Shown in pieces: positions 46,013 to 55,548 of a DNA stretch of 61,441 nucleotides. Under the pieces are notes generated by a model that saw nothing but the letters and a program-made list of their open reading frames with translations, did not search any database and was not told the origin of the DNA. This DNA is from an uncultured Alphaproteobacteria bacterium. Lineage in GTDB: Bacteria > Pseudomonadota > Alphaproteobacteria > RF32 > CAG-239. Numbering within the stretch: position 1 is the first letter of the stretch; each line of letters opens with the position of its first letter. A program made the position numbers and the translations under genes. The stretch is from the NCBI GenBank assembly GCA_944392215.1, contig CALXVX010000022.1, positions 1 to 61,441 on the forward strand, given 5' to 3'.

Positions 46013-47749
46013 TTATGCATCCTCATCAAAATAGTTATCATTGTCTTCATAGCTGTTAAACGAGCTTGTTGTCTCTTCAGGCTCTTCTTCATCGGTTGAG
46101 CTGATTTTGCGTGTCAGAGTTTCAATCTTAGCGCCCTTAAACTCAGCCAAAATAGCCTTGACCAGCGGCAGGTCAGAAACACTTTTTTTGTTGGCGTTGT
46201 CGGCGGCTTCTTCTTTGTTAGCAATTGTTTCGCCTAAATGCCCTCGCAAAACCTCAATATCCCATTTGCTTCCGGTTGCCTCAATAAGAATATTTTGTAA
46301 ATTTAGCAAAAAATCGTTGTTGATTTTATCAGACGCGGTAATTTTCATTTTGCCCGGAGCAAATTCACTAAAAGAGATATCGTGCTTAAAGGTATATGCC
46401 ATCAAAACTTTTTTAGAGCTTTCCAAATAAGCGGCAAGTTCCTCTGGTGAATTAAAAACCAAACCTTTTCCTTCAGGAGCAACCTCCGCCTGTTTAGCAG
46501 AAGGTGCTGCGGCAGGCTGAACCTGTACTGGCTTAGGCGCCACACCGATAGTTGGGGCTAATTCAGATTTTTTTTTTACGTCGTTGAGAATCTCAAGCGG
46601 CGTTGGCAAGCTGGCGGAATATGCAATCCTGATGAGTATCATCTCAAGCGCGTCTATCTGGACCGGCGCCAAAGAAAGTTCGGACAAACCCTTAATCATC
46701 ATCTGCCAGATTTTAGAAAGAATGGCAATCGGAGCATTTGGCGCCACTTTGGCACAAAACTCTTTTTCGCTTTCCGAGAGGCTGTCATCATTGGCAAAGG
46801 CCGGAATAATCTTAACCTTGGCCAATAAATGGGTAATGTTAATCAGATCCTGCAAAACAGTTAAAGGAGTGGCACCGTTTTTATACATTTCCGCCAAGCT
46901 CTGCACCACGGCATCAACCTTACCGGCCAAAAGCTTTTCAAACAAATCAAAAGTTTGAGTACGATCAGCAAGACCGATCATGTTTTTGACGACATCGGTC
47001 TTAACTACGCCGCCGCCCAAAGATATGGCCTGGTCCAAAAGAGACAAGCCATCACGGCAAGAGCCGTCGGCAGCTTTGGCAATCAGGCGCAAAGCCTCAT
47101 CTTCGGCGCTCAAGCCTTCTTTGGCGATAATATTTTTGAAATGGTTAAACAAGGTATCAATAGTCAACCGCTGCAAGTCAAATCTTTGGCACCGAGATAA
47201 AACAGTAACGGGCACTTTGCGAATTTCGGTTGTGGCAAAGATAAATATAACATGAGAAGGAGGTTCTTCCAAAGTCTTAAGCAAGGCATTAAATGCACTT
47301 TTTGAAAGCATATGCACTTCGTCGATGATGTATATTTTGTAGCGGGCATTAGTTGGTTTATAGCGCACACCGTCTAAGATTTCGCGCATATCGTCAACAC
47401 CGGTTCTGGACGCGGCATCAAGCTCCAAAACATCAATATGTCTGGACTCAGAGATAGCGCGGCAGTTTTCGCAAATACCGCAGGGATTGATTGTCGGTCC
47501 GCCATATCCGTCTTTGCCTGTGCAGTTAAGCGCCTTGGCAATGATTCTGGCGGTGGTGGTCTTGCCCACACCGCGGATTCCGGTCAGGATATATGCATGG
47601 TGAAGCCGATTGTTTTTAATGGCGTTAGTGAGGGTTTGCACCAGAGCATCTTGCCCCAGAAGCTCGTTAAAATTCTGCGGGCGATATTTGCGAGCCAAAA
47701 CCACATAATCTTGTTTATTTTGAGTATCTTCAGCCATAAAAAACATCAA
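46013..47749 (-). CDS. dnaX: DNA polymerase III subunit tau/gamma
   Basis: LARKYRPQNF, GIRGVGKTT, a Zn module CGICENC, and IIDEVHMLS. The start may be the 5th codon (MAEDT). Confidence 0.93.
   Translation of the reverse strand: MMFFMAEDTQNKQDYVVLARKYRPQNFNELLGQDALVQTLTNAIKNNRLHHAYILTGIRGVGKTTTARIIAKALNCTGKDGYGGPTINPCGICENCRAISESRHIDVLELDAASRTGVDDMREILDGVRYKPTNARYKIYIIDEVHMLSKSAFNALLKTLEEPPSHVIFIFATTEIRKVPVTVLSRCQRFDLQRLTIDTLFNHFKNIIAKEGLSAEDEALRLIAKAADGSCRDGLSLLDQAISLGGGVVKTDVVKNMIGLADRTQTFDLFEKLLAGKVDAVVQSLAEMYKNGATPLTVLQDLINITHLLAKVKIIPAFANDDSLSESEKEFCAKVAPNAPIAILSKIWQMMIKGLSELSLAPVQIDALEMILIRIAYSASLPTPLEILNDVKKKSELAPTIGVAPKPVQVQPAAAPSAKQAEVAPEGKGLVFNSPEELAAYLESSKKVLMAYTFKHDISFSEFAPGKMKITASDKINNDFLLNLQNILIEATGSKWDIEVLRGHLGETIANKEEAADNANKKSVSDLPLVKAILAEFKGAKIETLTRKISSTDEEEPEETTSSFNSYEDNDNYFDEDA
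46563..46580 (-). other. A10 slippery run in dnaX with immediate off-frame stops (candidate gamma recoding site)
   Basis: The mRNA reads GTA AAA AAA AAA TCT GAA TTA G. The -1 frame gives ATC TGA and the +1 frame gives AAT CTG AAT TAG. It lies at codons 391-395 of 578. Confidence 0.5.
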
Positions 47750-47767
47750 TCAAGAAAGAGTTCAAAA

Positions 47768-47862
47768 AGTGGAGAGCAAGCGACCTCAACCGGATTCGTT
47801 ACGGCTGCTTCCTTCCGGACCTGACCGGGTTGGCGAAAGGTCAACCCGCCGCTCTCCTTTGG
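47768..47862 (-). ncRNA. ffs: signal recognition particle RNA (4.5S-type)
   Basis: The minus strand contains GGTCAGGTCCGGAAGGAAGCAGCC (domain IV motif). The closing helix is GGAGAGC/GCTCTCC, followed by a T-run. It sits directly upstream of dnaX. Confidence 0.85.
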
Positions 47863-47905
47863 TATAGTTAGCAGATTGGCGTTAATTTTCAAGTAAAATT
47901 TAGCT

Positions 47906-49324
47906 TTATTCTCCGCTTAAAACACCATTTTCTTGCGGCAACAAAGAGCCATAGATGGCAATCTGAGCGGCCTGAGGATCTTTGCCGAAAATCTTGGGCG
48001 CGCTGAAGTTGTAAGAGACATCGACGGGATCCAAATGCTGCGAAGATCCATCATCGTCAAAGCGTCTTGGTCCGGCATCAACCACCACATCGCCGTCAGA
48101 GCGAATTTCCACAATATCAAGACTGTGTTGATTGGTTCCATCCTCAAAAAATCTAAAAGCTCCGTTAATTCCGCTGTAGCCATCAGCGTTGGTGATTACC
48201 TGGTTGATGTTTTCGGAGCCTTTGCGAGAGATTTCATTGGCCAAAGCAACAGCATCATAAGCAAAGGAATAAAGACTGCTGGGACGCTCGTTGAAGATTT
48301 GGTAATACTTGCCGGCAAAATAGTTTGAATGAGCTCTTGAAATAGCCGGATACCAACTTTTTTGCATTACGCTTTCTTTGTTAAAGCGTCCGTTTTCCCA
48401 AACAGAAGTACCAAGGAATTGGACATCTGGATAAGCTGCATCATAGTAAGCAAACATAGAAATGGCAGAAGTTAGCTTAGCTCCGCTTTCAGGAATCAAG
48501 AGCGTGTCAAACCCAAGATCTCCGATACCCTCTTTGGTTTTTAGGGTTGCAAGCTCGCGGGCTGCTTGAGCATCACCGGCATCAGCTCTTGCCTTGAGGT
48601 TTGCCTTAAGGCGCACTACCTGAGCATGTCTTCCGCCGTAATTTGTCATTTCTTTAGCAATAGAGGAAAAATCGGAATTTTGTGGTTGATAGTATCCGAT
48701 AACGGTAACAGTCATACCGTTTTTCTGGGCAGACTTAACCGCGGCCTTGGCCACCGCATTTCCGGTTGAGTTATCAGGGACAAGCAGAGCAAGGCGTTTG
48801 CGTCCCTGTGTGGCGGCATAAGAGACCACCCGATTAACCTGTTCTTCAATCAGCAAACCCATGGTATAAACGGTTGGCTGCAAAACCTCTTGGGCGGTAG
48901 AAAAAGCAATAACCGGGATTCCCTGGTAAATTGTCTCACCGGCAATAGCTTGTACCTCAGAGCTCATCAAGGGGCCGATAATCAAATTCGAGCGTTGGCG
49001 GATGGCGTTTTCGGCAGCAATTCTGGCGCCGCTCGGTGTACTTTGGGTATCATAATATTGCAAGATAAGGTTGGGGTTGTTGATATCTTCCAAAGCGATC
49101 ATAGAGGCGTTTTTAAGCCCTTGCCCATGTGTGGCGGCTTTTCCGCTCAAAGGCAGCAACACACCGACCCTAAAACTTGCGGCATCGGTAATGTTTATCT
49201 CAGAAATATCGGTATTAAAATCATCGATTCCGCTGCGCTCCAAGACCGGGGCTTTAGGAGTGGTAGAGCAGGCAACCAGACCTAAGCAGAACAGAATTAA
49301 ATTAAGTTTTTTTAGCACTTGCAA
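47906..49324 (-). CDS. LpoA-like penicillin-binding-protein activator lipoprotein (type 1 periplasmic binding fold)
   Basis: Lipobox LGLVACS. It is divergent from rsmI-yraN as in the conserved lpoA/rsmI locus, and has a Leu/Ile/Val-binding-protein-like fold pattern. Confidence 0.65.
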   Translation of the reverse strand: MQVLKKLNLILFCLGLVACSTTPKAPVLERSGIDDFNTDISEINITDAASFRVGVLLPLSGKAATHGQGLKNASMIALEDINNPNLILQYYDTQSTPSGARIAAENAIRQRSNLIIGPLMSSEVQAIAGETIYQGIPVIAFSTAQEVLQPTVYTMGLLIEEQVNRVVSYAATQGRKRLALLVPDNSTGNAVAKAAVKSAQKNGMTVTVIGYYQPQNSDFSSIAKEMTNYGGRHAQVVRLKANLKARADAGDAQAARELATLKTKEGIGDLGFDTLLIPESGAKLTSAISMFAYYDAAYPDVQFLGTSVWENGRFNKESVMQKSWYPAISRAHSNYFAGKYYQIFNERPSSLYSFAYDAVALANEISRKGSENINQVITNADGYSGINGAFRFFEDGTNQHSLDIVEIRSDGDVVVDAGPRRFDDDGSSQHLDPVDVSYNFSAPKIFGKDPQAAQIAIYGSLLPQENGVLSGE

Positions 49325-49395
49325 TTTACCCCAAAATATAAAACAATCTCTATCAAGTTGTAACGGATATTTTACTTAATGTAAAGAGAGGTCTT

Positions 49396-50232
49396 TTGAA
49401 AAACGGCATATACATTGTTGCCACTCCCATAGGCAATCTCAAAGATATCTCCGAGCGCGCCAAAGAGGTGTTGAGAGCGGCAGATATCATTGCCTGTGAA
49501 GATACAAGAGTGGCAAGAAAATTGTTTTCACTTTTAGGGTTACCGGCTCACAAAGAGTTTATCCGACTAGAGGATCACAATGAGGCCGAGCAAACCGAGA
49601 TGTTAATATCAGAGGTGCAAAAAGGCAAGATTATTGCTCAAATCAGCGATGCTGGCAGCCCGCTGATTTCAGATCCCGGCTACAAACTTGTCCGCCGTTG
49701 CCGAGAGACAGGGGTAGATGTTTTTGCGATTCCCGGAGCTTGCGCGCTAATCTGTGCTTTGCAATTATCCGGCCTGCCCACTAATAGTTTTATGTTTGCC
49801 GGTTTTATTCCCAACAAAGAAAAAGCTCGCAAAGATTTGTTTAAGAAGCTGAAAGACATAAACACCACGCTTATTTTTTACGAGACCGCCAACCGCATAG
49901 TCAAAAGTTTAGAGATGGCGGCAGAGGTTTTTGGTGACAGAGAATTAGCGGTGGCAAGAGAGATTACCAAGGTTTATGAGGAATGCGTTAACGGTACCGC
50001 TCAAGAGTTGCTTGCTCACTTTGCAGCCAAAGAGCCCAAAGGAGAGATGGTGCTGATGGTTTCTCCTCCGCCGGAAGATATAAAAACAGCGGGTTTGGAT
50101 ATTGAAAAGTTGCTGAAAGAACAAATGAAAAAAGAAACCCTGAAAACCGCGGTAAAGAACATTGTCGAGGCTTATGGATTAAATAAGAATGAAGTTTACA
50201 ACCTTGCGCTGAAATTGAAAAATAATGAATAA
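49396..50232 (+). CDS. rsmI: 16S rRNA (cytidine1402-2'-O)-methyltransferase RsmI
   Basis: TTG start. LYIVATPIGNL.DIS.RA...L...D.I.CEDTR and ISDAG.P.ISDPG. Confidence 0.9.
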   Translation: MKNGIYIVATPIGNLKDISERAKEVLRAADIIACEDTRVARKLFSLLGLPAHKEFIRLEDHNEAEQTEMLISEVQKGKIIAQISDAGSPLISDPGYKLVRRCRETGVDVFAIPGACALICALQLSGLPTNSFMFAGFIPNKEKARKDLFKKLKDINTTLIFYETANRIVKSLEMAAEVFGDRELAVAREITKVYEECVNGTAQELLAHFAAKEPKGEMVLMVSPPPEDIKTAGLDIEKLLKEQMKKETLKTAVKNIVEAYGLNKNEVYNLALKLKNNE

Positions 50233-50575
50233 CTACTATTTCGGACATTTTGCGGAAGACGTTACGTTATGGTACTTGCGCCTAAAAGGCTACCATAAGG
50301 TTGCCAAAAACTATGTTACCGGCCGCGGCACAGGCGCCGGAGAGGTGGATTTGATTGTAAAAAAGGGCAAAACCCTTGTTTTTGTAGAGGTCAAAAAAAG
50401 AACCTCAATAGAAAATGCCGCCTATGCTATTGAAGCGCGCCAACAAAAGCGGATTCGCCAGGCCGCAAAAGCTTTTTTGGCGGCTAATGAAAAATACAGA
50501 GGATATGATATCCGCTTTGATGCGGTTTTAGTCACATGGCCATTTTCTGTTTGCCATCTTGAAAACGCGTTTTAG
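50225..50575 (+). CDS. yraN: YraN-family (UPF0102) endonuclease-like protein
   Basis: G...E......L...GY........R....GE.DLI......LVFVEVK.R pattern. Confidence 0.85.
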   Translation: MNNYYFGHFAEDVTLWYLRLKGYHKVAKNYVTGRGTGAGEVDLIVKKGKTLVFVEVKKRTSIENAAYAIEARQQKRIRQAAKAFLAANEKYRGYDIRFDAVLVTWPFSVCHLENAF

Positions 50576-50578
50576 TTT

Positions 50579-51640
50579 TTAAGATTTTTTTGATTTAAGC
50601 TGTCCGCAGGCGGCCAAAATATCTTGCCCTCTGGCCACGCGGATAGGAGCTTCATAGCCGGCATCTTCAAGAATTTTAGAAAAAGCCTTAACCTTGTTTC
50701 CGGAGCTTGGTTGAAAGTCACAACCCGGCCATGGATTAAAGGGAATGAGATTAAATTTGGCACCGAGCTTAAATTTTTTCATGAGCGCGATTAAGGCTCT
50801 GGCATCTTCAGGTGAGTCATTAAAATCTTTAAGCATCAGGTATTCAAACGTCACATAGCGCCCGGGGCTCATGAGGCGTTGATATTCGACACAGCCGGCC
50901 AAAACCTCTTCAATTGGGTAGCGGTCGTTAATCGGCATAATCTGTGAGCGTTTCTCGTTGTTTGGCGCATGGAGGCTGATGGCCAATTTGCAGCCGAGTT
51001 CGGTTGCTACCAACGGAATTTTGGGAGCAATTCCGGACGTTGAAAGGGTGATTTTACGTTTAGAGATGGCGATTCCGTCTCCATCGGAAAGAATTTTTAA
51101 GGCCTTAAAAACATTTTCCGGATTATGCAAAGGCTCTCCCATTCCCATCACCACGATATTTGAGAGATAACGAGTTTCATTAACCGGAGAAGGCCATTCG
51201 CCATAGGCATCACGCGCCACCATAAATTGGGAGACAATTTCCCCGGCGGTTAGGTTTCGGGTAATTTTTTGGCTTCCGGTATGGCAAAATTTGCAACCAA
51301 CAGCGCAGCCAACTTGAGTGGATATACAAACGGCACCACGGTCATCTTCGGGAATATAAACAGTCTCGATTCTCTGCCCGTCGGCAAATTCCAACAGCCA
51401 TTTGTGTGTTTTGTCTTTAGAAATTTGTTCGGTAACGATTTTAGGACGAGAAATGGAAAAGCAAGAGGCAAGCTTCTGGCGCAAATCCTTAGAAAGATTG
51501 GTCATCTTTTCAAAGTCGGTTTCGCCGCGGAAATAAATCCATTGCCAAAGCTGCTTAGCGCGGAAAGGTTTTTCCCCGATTTTGGCAATTTGCTCGGCCA
51601 ATTCTTCTTTAGAAAGGCCGACAAGCTCAATTTTTTCCAT
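50579..51640 (-). CDS. rlmN: 23S rRNA/tRNA m2A methyltransferase RlmN (radical SAM)
   Basis: FRAKQLWQWIY, CxxxCxxC (GCAVGCKFCHTG), and the C-terminal ACGQL. Confidence 0.93.
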   Translation of the reverse strand: MEKIELVGLSKEELAEQIAKIGEKPFRAKQLWQWIYFRGETDFEKMTNLSKDLRQKLASCFSISRPKIVTEQISKDKTHKWLLEFADGQRIETVYIPEDDRGAVCISTQVGCAVGCKFCHTGSQKITRNLTAGEIVSQFMVARDAYGEWPSPVNETRYLSNIVVMGMGEPLHNPENVFKALKILSDGDGIAISKRKITLSTSGIAPKIPLVATELGCKLAISLHAPNNEKRSQIMPINDRYPIEEVLAGCVEYQRLMSPGRYVTFEYLMLKDFNDSPEDARALIALMKKFKLGAKFNLIPFNPWPGCDFQPSSGNKVKAFSKILEDAGYEAPIRVARGQDILAACGQLKSKKS

Positions 51641-51642
51641 GT

Positions 51643-52155
51643 CTACTTAACCTTGCATTTATTAGAGATTGCTCGGTAGGCGCTGGAGAAACCGGAAAGA
51701 GAGTATGTATCTTTTGTTTTTGTCCCCCTGGAAGATGTTCCATGCACAACCATGCGGCTGCCTCTCTTCATAGCGGCCACAATCTCTTTGTCTGTTTTTT
51801 CGCTGGTGGCCCAAGCTTTATCTCCGCTGGTGAAAAGGTTTTCAAATGTTTTCGCGCCGATTTTCACAATAACTTTTGTGCCGCTTTTGTAGGTATATCC
51901 GGCATTAAAGTTAACCACGTCAAAGCTTTTCTCGTTGGGGCGGTGGGTAACCACGGCATAGATATCGCCACGTTTGGTATATTTGCCTTCATCTTTTTTG
52001 GGTGTTGAGGCCATATAGCAAACAGGCCCGGCACTATCGCGGTAGTAATAAGCGACCCAATCACCATACTCTCCCAAGACTTGCGGAGCTGCAGCCTGAG
52101 CAGAAGAAATATTAAGAACAAGAGCTAATGCAATAAAAAATAAAAACTTTTTCAT
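51643..52155 (-). CDS. invasion-associated locus B (IalB)-family periplasmic protein
   Basis: Signal peptide, then GDW..YY......VCYM and a C-terminal F..AY..I...C. Confidence 0.7.
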   Translation of the reverse strand: MKKFLFFIALALVLNISSAQAAAPQVLGEYGDWVAYYYRDSAGPVCYMASTPKKDEGKYTKRGDIYAVVTHRPNEKSFDVVNFNAGYTYKSGTKVIVKIGAKTFENLFTSGDKAWATSEKTDKEIVAAMKRGSRMVVHGTSSRGTKTKDTYSLSGFSSAYRAISNKCKVK

Positions 52156-52250
52156 CCTAAACTACCCACAATTTTCGTTAAAATTAACATAATAATAATT
52201 GAAAAATATATAAAAACTGTTAATTTCAAGAAAAATTTTAGGAAAGATGC

Positions 52251-53477
52251 ATGATACGCGATAATTACCTTGATATAAATAAACTTGTAAAAAACAAAAA
52301 AATCTTCCGGTTGTTTAAGGTTGTTGAAAAACACGGAGGCGTTGTCCGCTTTGTTGGCGGTGCCGTGCGCGATGCTCTAAAGGGGATAGAAGGTTCAGAC
52401 TTGGATTTTGCCACCAACCTTTCGCCCGATGAGTTGGTAGAGGCCTGTACAGAAGAAGGACTAAAGACCGTTGCCATCGGAATAAAATACGGAACCGTTG
52501 GGGTGATGATAGACGATTCTCTGGTTGAGGTGACATCGCTGCGCAAGGATATAAAAACAGATGGTCGTCATGCAGAAGTTGAGTTTACGGATAATTGGGA
52601 GGAAGACGCCTCTCGCCGTGACTTGACCATAAACGCCGTTTACGCCGATGAAAAAGGAAATGTTTTTGACTACTACAACGGCATAGATGATTTGGAAAAA
52701 GGGGTGGTGCGTTTTATCGGCTCAGCCACTCAAAGAGTAAAAGAAGACTATTTACGTATTTTGCGTTTTTTCCGATTCTATTCGATGTTTGGTGTTGGCG
52801 AGCCCGATAAAAAGGCGGTTGAGGCTTGCGCGGAAAACGCCGAAAACTTAAAAAATCTGCCTATGGAGCGGATAAAAGATGAGATGTTGAAAATCTTGCT
52901 GACCAAGAATGCGGTAAAAACCATAGAGATAATGCAAGAAAACAACATCATGAGTTATATCATGCCGCAGGCCAAATACTTAGACAGTCTTGATTTTATA
53001 AAAAAACTTGTAAACGGAAGAGCCTTAGCCAACAAAGCTTTGCTTTACTTGTTCACGATGTACCAGCCTGATGTTTCGTTTGCGGAGAATTTGGCACAAA
53101 GGCTGAAGTTTAGTAAGAAAGAACGCCAAAAATTTGTAAGCTGGGCAGAAGAAGATGTCGCTCTAAATCAGCTTTTGGATGATAAAAGCAGACTGCATTT
53201 GGCTTATGAATATGGCAAAGAGTTTTGCTTGGAGAAGCTACTTTTAATAACGGCGCGCAACAAAGAGCCTCTGCCTAATTTTTGGGGGCTGTATGACGCA
53301 ATAGAGCATATGGAGGTTCCCACTTTTCCTCTGCGAGGCCAAGATTTGGTGGATAGGGGCGTAGAAACAGCTCAAATCGGCCGAATTTTAAAAGAAAGAG
53401 AGCAGGCGTGGATAAACAGTGGCTTCAGATTAAGCAGAGAAGAGCTTCTGGAACCAAAATACAATAAGGTTTCTTAA
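52251..53477 (+). CDS. CCA-adding enzyme / poly(A) polymerase-family tRNA nucleotidyltransferase
   Basis: RFVGGAVRD.L.G....DLDFAT, RRDLTINA and ED.LR.LR..RF. Confidence 0.85.
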   Translation: MIRDNYLDINKLVKNKKIFRLFKVVEKHGGVVRFVGGAVRDALKGIEGSDLDFATNLSPDELVEACTEEGLKTVAIGIKYGTVGVMIDDSLVEVTSLRKDIKTDGRHAEVEFTDNWEEDASRRDLTINAVYADEKGNVFDYYNGIDDLEKGVVRFIGSATQRVKEDYLRILRFFRFYSMFGVGEPDKKAVEACAENAENLKNLPMERIKDEMLKILLTKNAVKTIEIMQENNIMSYIMPQAKYLDSLDFIKKLVNGRALANKALLYLFTMYQPDVSFAENLAQRLKFSKKERQKFVSWAEEDVALNQLLDDKSRLHLAYEYGKEFCLEKLLLITARNKEPLPNFWGLYDAIEHMEVPTFPLRGQDLVDRGVETAQIGRILKEREQAWINSGFRLSREELLEPKYNKVS

Positions 53478-53489
53478 GAAAAAGAAAAA

Positions 53490-53514
53490 CCGCTCTTTGG
53501 TGAGCGGCTTTTTT
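53490..53514. terminator. bidirectional intrinsic terminator
   Basis: CCGCTC-tttggt-GAGCGG flanked by an A-run and a T-run, between convergent genes. Confidence 0.75.
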
Positions 53515-53528
53515 GTATGCAAAACAGA

Positions 53529-54302
53529 TTAGAAAATGTACTTTTTGCAAATTTCATAATCTTCCGGCGTATTGATGTCCGCCGGAGCGTTTTTGTTGAG
53601 ACGGATATCTCCAACCAATTTCGCTCTGATTTCCATACCGTTTTCAAGAGCGCGCAGTTGCTCCAAGGATTCGCGTTGTTCCAACACACTTGGCGGCAAA
53701 GCAACCATTTTGTGCAAAGACGCAGCCTTAAAGACATAAATTCCGATATGGTGATAAAGATCTTGGTTAGGACATTTTTCCGGGTTGCGAGTGAAGGGGG
53801 CCGTTGCCCTGGTAAAGTAAAGACAACGAGCCTCATCCTCACCGGGCTTTAAGCCCATGATGATTTTAACTACGGCAGGATTAGTTTTGTCCTCTTCATT
53901 TTTAATAACCATACCACAGGTGGCAATATCACAGCCCGTACGTTCAACCATTTCGATTAAAGGTAGGTTGACCTTGGGGTCAACATTGAGATTGTCGCCC
54001 TGAAAGTCGACCACGATATCATATTTGCTGCCATCAGGGTCAAGAACTTTAAGCGCGGCGGCGATTCTGTCGGTGCCGGAAGGCAGGTTGGGGTCTGTCA
54101 AAACCGCAGTTACACCGATTTTTTTGCATTCATCAACAATAGCCTGGTCGCCGGCGGCAACAGCAATGTCTGTATCAATGGTAGCCTTAACGTTTTCGCA
54201 AACACGTTGAATAATAGATTTTCCGTTTACATCCAAAAGGGGCTTGTTAGGCAAACGAGTGGCCGCCATACGCACCGGCATCAAGGTAATTACTCTACTC
54301 AT
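53529..54302 (-). CDS. kdsB: 3-deoxy-manno-octulosonate cytidylyltransferase (CMP-Kdo synthetase)
   Basis: PVRMAATRLPNKPL, VDFQGD.P, and C-terminal LEQLRALENG. Confidence 0.9.
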   Translation of the reverse strand: MSRVITLMPVRMAATRLPNKPLLDVNGKSIIQRVCENVKATIDTDIAVAAGDQAIVDECKKIGVTAVLTDPNLPSGTDRIAAALKVLDPDGSKYDIVVDFQGDNLNVDPKVNLPLIEMVERTGCDIATCGMVIKNEEDKTNPAVVKIIMGLKPGEDEARCLYFTRATAPFTRNPEKCPNQDLYHHIGIYVFKAASLHKMVALPPSVLEQRESLEQLRALENGMEIRAKLVGDIRLNKNAPADINTPEDYEICKKYIF

Positions 54303-54315
54303 GTTTTTTCATCCT

Positions 54316-54750
54316 TTATTGGTTAAATTCAGGTTTGTTTTTGTTTTGTAAAAAAGCGTTTTTGATTTTTAAGATGACATCTTCTTTCTGCTGAGGAGAA
54401 TAGGGTTTTGAGGCATTGTTCCAAACAGTTCCGGGCCAGTCTGGGTCGCCTTCTTTGCGGCATAAAACATGGACATGGAGCTGCGGCGTCATATTGCCGA
54501 TCATAGCCACATTGGTTTGTTCAGGAGAAAAAAGGTCATTCATAATTTTTTCCGCCAAAGCAATTTCTCTCATCAATTGCAAACGCTCATCCATGGTAAG
54601 GTTTAGCATGTTTTTAACATTTGCCCTGCGGGGAACAAGGAATATCCAGGGATAATATTGATTATCCTCAAACAAGACCGAGCAAAGCTTGAGGTTAAGG
54701 ATAAAATCCTTTTGCGCCAAAGCCGGAACCAATTTAAATTCATCACTCAT
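54316..54750 (-). CDS. HIT-family nucleotide hydrolase
   Basis: Histidine triad QLHVHVL. Start taken at MSDEFKL, 5 nt after the upstream stop. The longer ORF-track start is rejected. Confidence 0.8.
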   Translation of the reverse strand: MSDEFKLVPALAQKDFILNLKLCSVLFEDNQYYPWIFLVPRRANVKNMLNLTMDERLQLMREIALAEKIMNDLFSPEQTNVAMIGNMTPQLHVHVLCRKEGDPDWPGTVWNNASKPYSPQQKEDVILKIKNAFLQNKNKPEFNQ

Positions 54751-54754
54751 CAAA

Positions 54755-55441
54755 TTATCCTTGTGTTGTATTTTCAAGCAGCCAATCTTTGACCTGCGGA
54801 ACAGTTTTAACTTCCGGAATCCAAGAAAGCTCCGGCGGCAAATCAGTGGTAAACGGGCAACGCATCCGCAAAGGGTGAGCCCCGACATTAATAGCTGCAT
54901 ATTGATTATAAATGCGGTCATCTACGAGCAGAGTTTCTTCTGCCGCAAGACCGTATTTTTCAAAACATTTTTTTAGCATATCCTCTTTCGCGGTGTCATG
55001 CATAAATTTTCCGTGCCGCACACATTCAATAGTCAGAAAATCGGTTACTTCGGCAAGCAGAGTGTTCAAGAGTTTTTTCTTTGTTTCCACATCAAAAGTA
55101 GCAGACATGGTAAATTGGCGATATCCTAAACGGTTGAGTTCTTTTAAGGTATCAACCACGCCGTCATAAAGCGGCCGATTGCTAAAAAAGCTAAAGTCCT
55201 CACAAAAATCTTTATCCATCTGCACACCTAGAGTTGGGTGGGTTTTGAGTTCTAAAGCCCCATATTTAGGGTCGATAGGCAAAACTTTAGGAAGATCCTC
55301 CCATTTGAGGCCTTTGTAAGATTCTGCATATTTCGGGTGCTTGGTCAGAAAGTTAAAATAGGCAAAATTGAGATTGGCTAAAACACCGTCCACATCCCAA
55401 AAAATATTTTTTATTATCAGCTTAGTCATCAAAATCTCCAA
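54755..55441 (-). CDS. HAD-superfamily hydrolase (5'-nucleotidase-like)
   Basis: Motif I IFWDVDGVLA and a C-terminal VDDR motif. Confidence 0.55.
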   Translation of the reverse strand: MEILMTKLIIKNIFWDVDGVLANLNFAYFNFLTKHPKYAESYKGLKWEDLPKVLPIDPKYGALELKTHPTLGVQMDKDFCEDFSFFSNRPLYDGVVDTLKELNRLGYRQFTMSATFDVETKKKLLNTLLAEVTDFLTIECVRHGKFMHDTAKEDMLKKCFEKYGLAAEETLLVDDRIYNQYAAINVGAHPLRMRCPFTTDLPPELSWIPEVKTVPQVKDWLLENTTQG

Positions 55442-55505
55442 GTGCTCTCAGGGTGTCACAAAAACAAATTAATGTCAATCACGGAAGAAGATAGGAGAAC
55501 AATAA

Positions 55506-55532
55506 AAAATCCGCCCATCATGGGCGGATTTT
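55506..55532 (-). terminator. intrinsic terminator
   Basis: AAAATCCGCCCA-tga-TGGGCGGATTTT followed by a T-run on the minus strand. Confidence 0.8.
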
Positions 55533-55548
55533 GTAAAAGGCAGAGAAT

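Noticed and set aside
54751-54921. Upstream extension of the HIT-family ORF
   Set aside because: The extension overlaps the upstream HAD gene and encodes a Cys/Arg/Leu-rich non-protein-like peptide. MSDEFKL starts 5 nt after the upstream stop.
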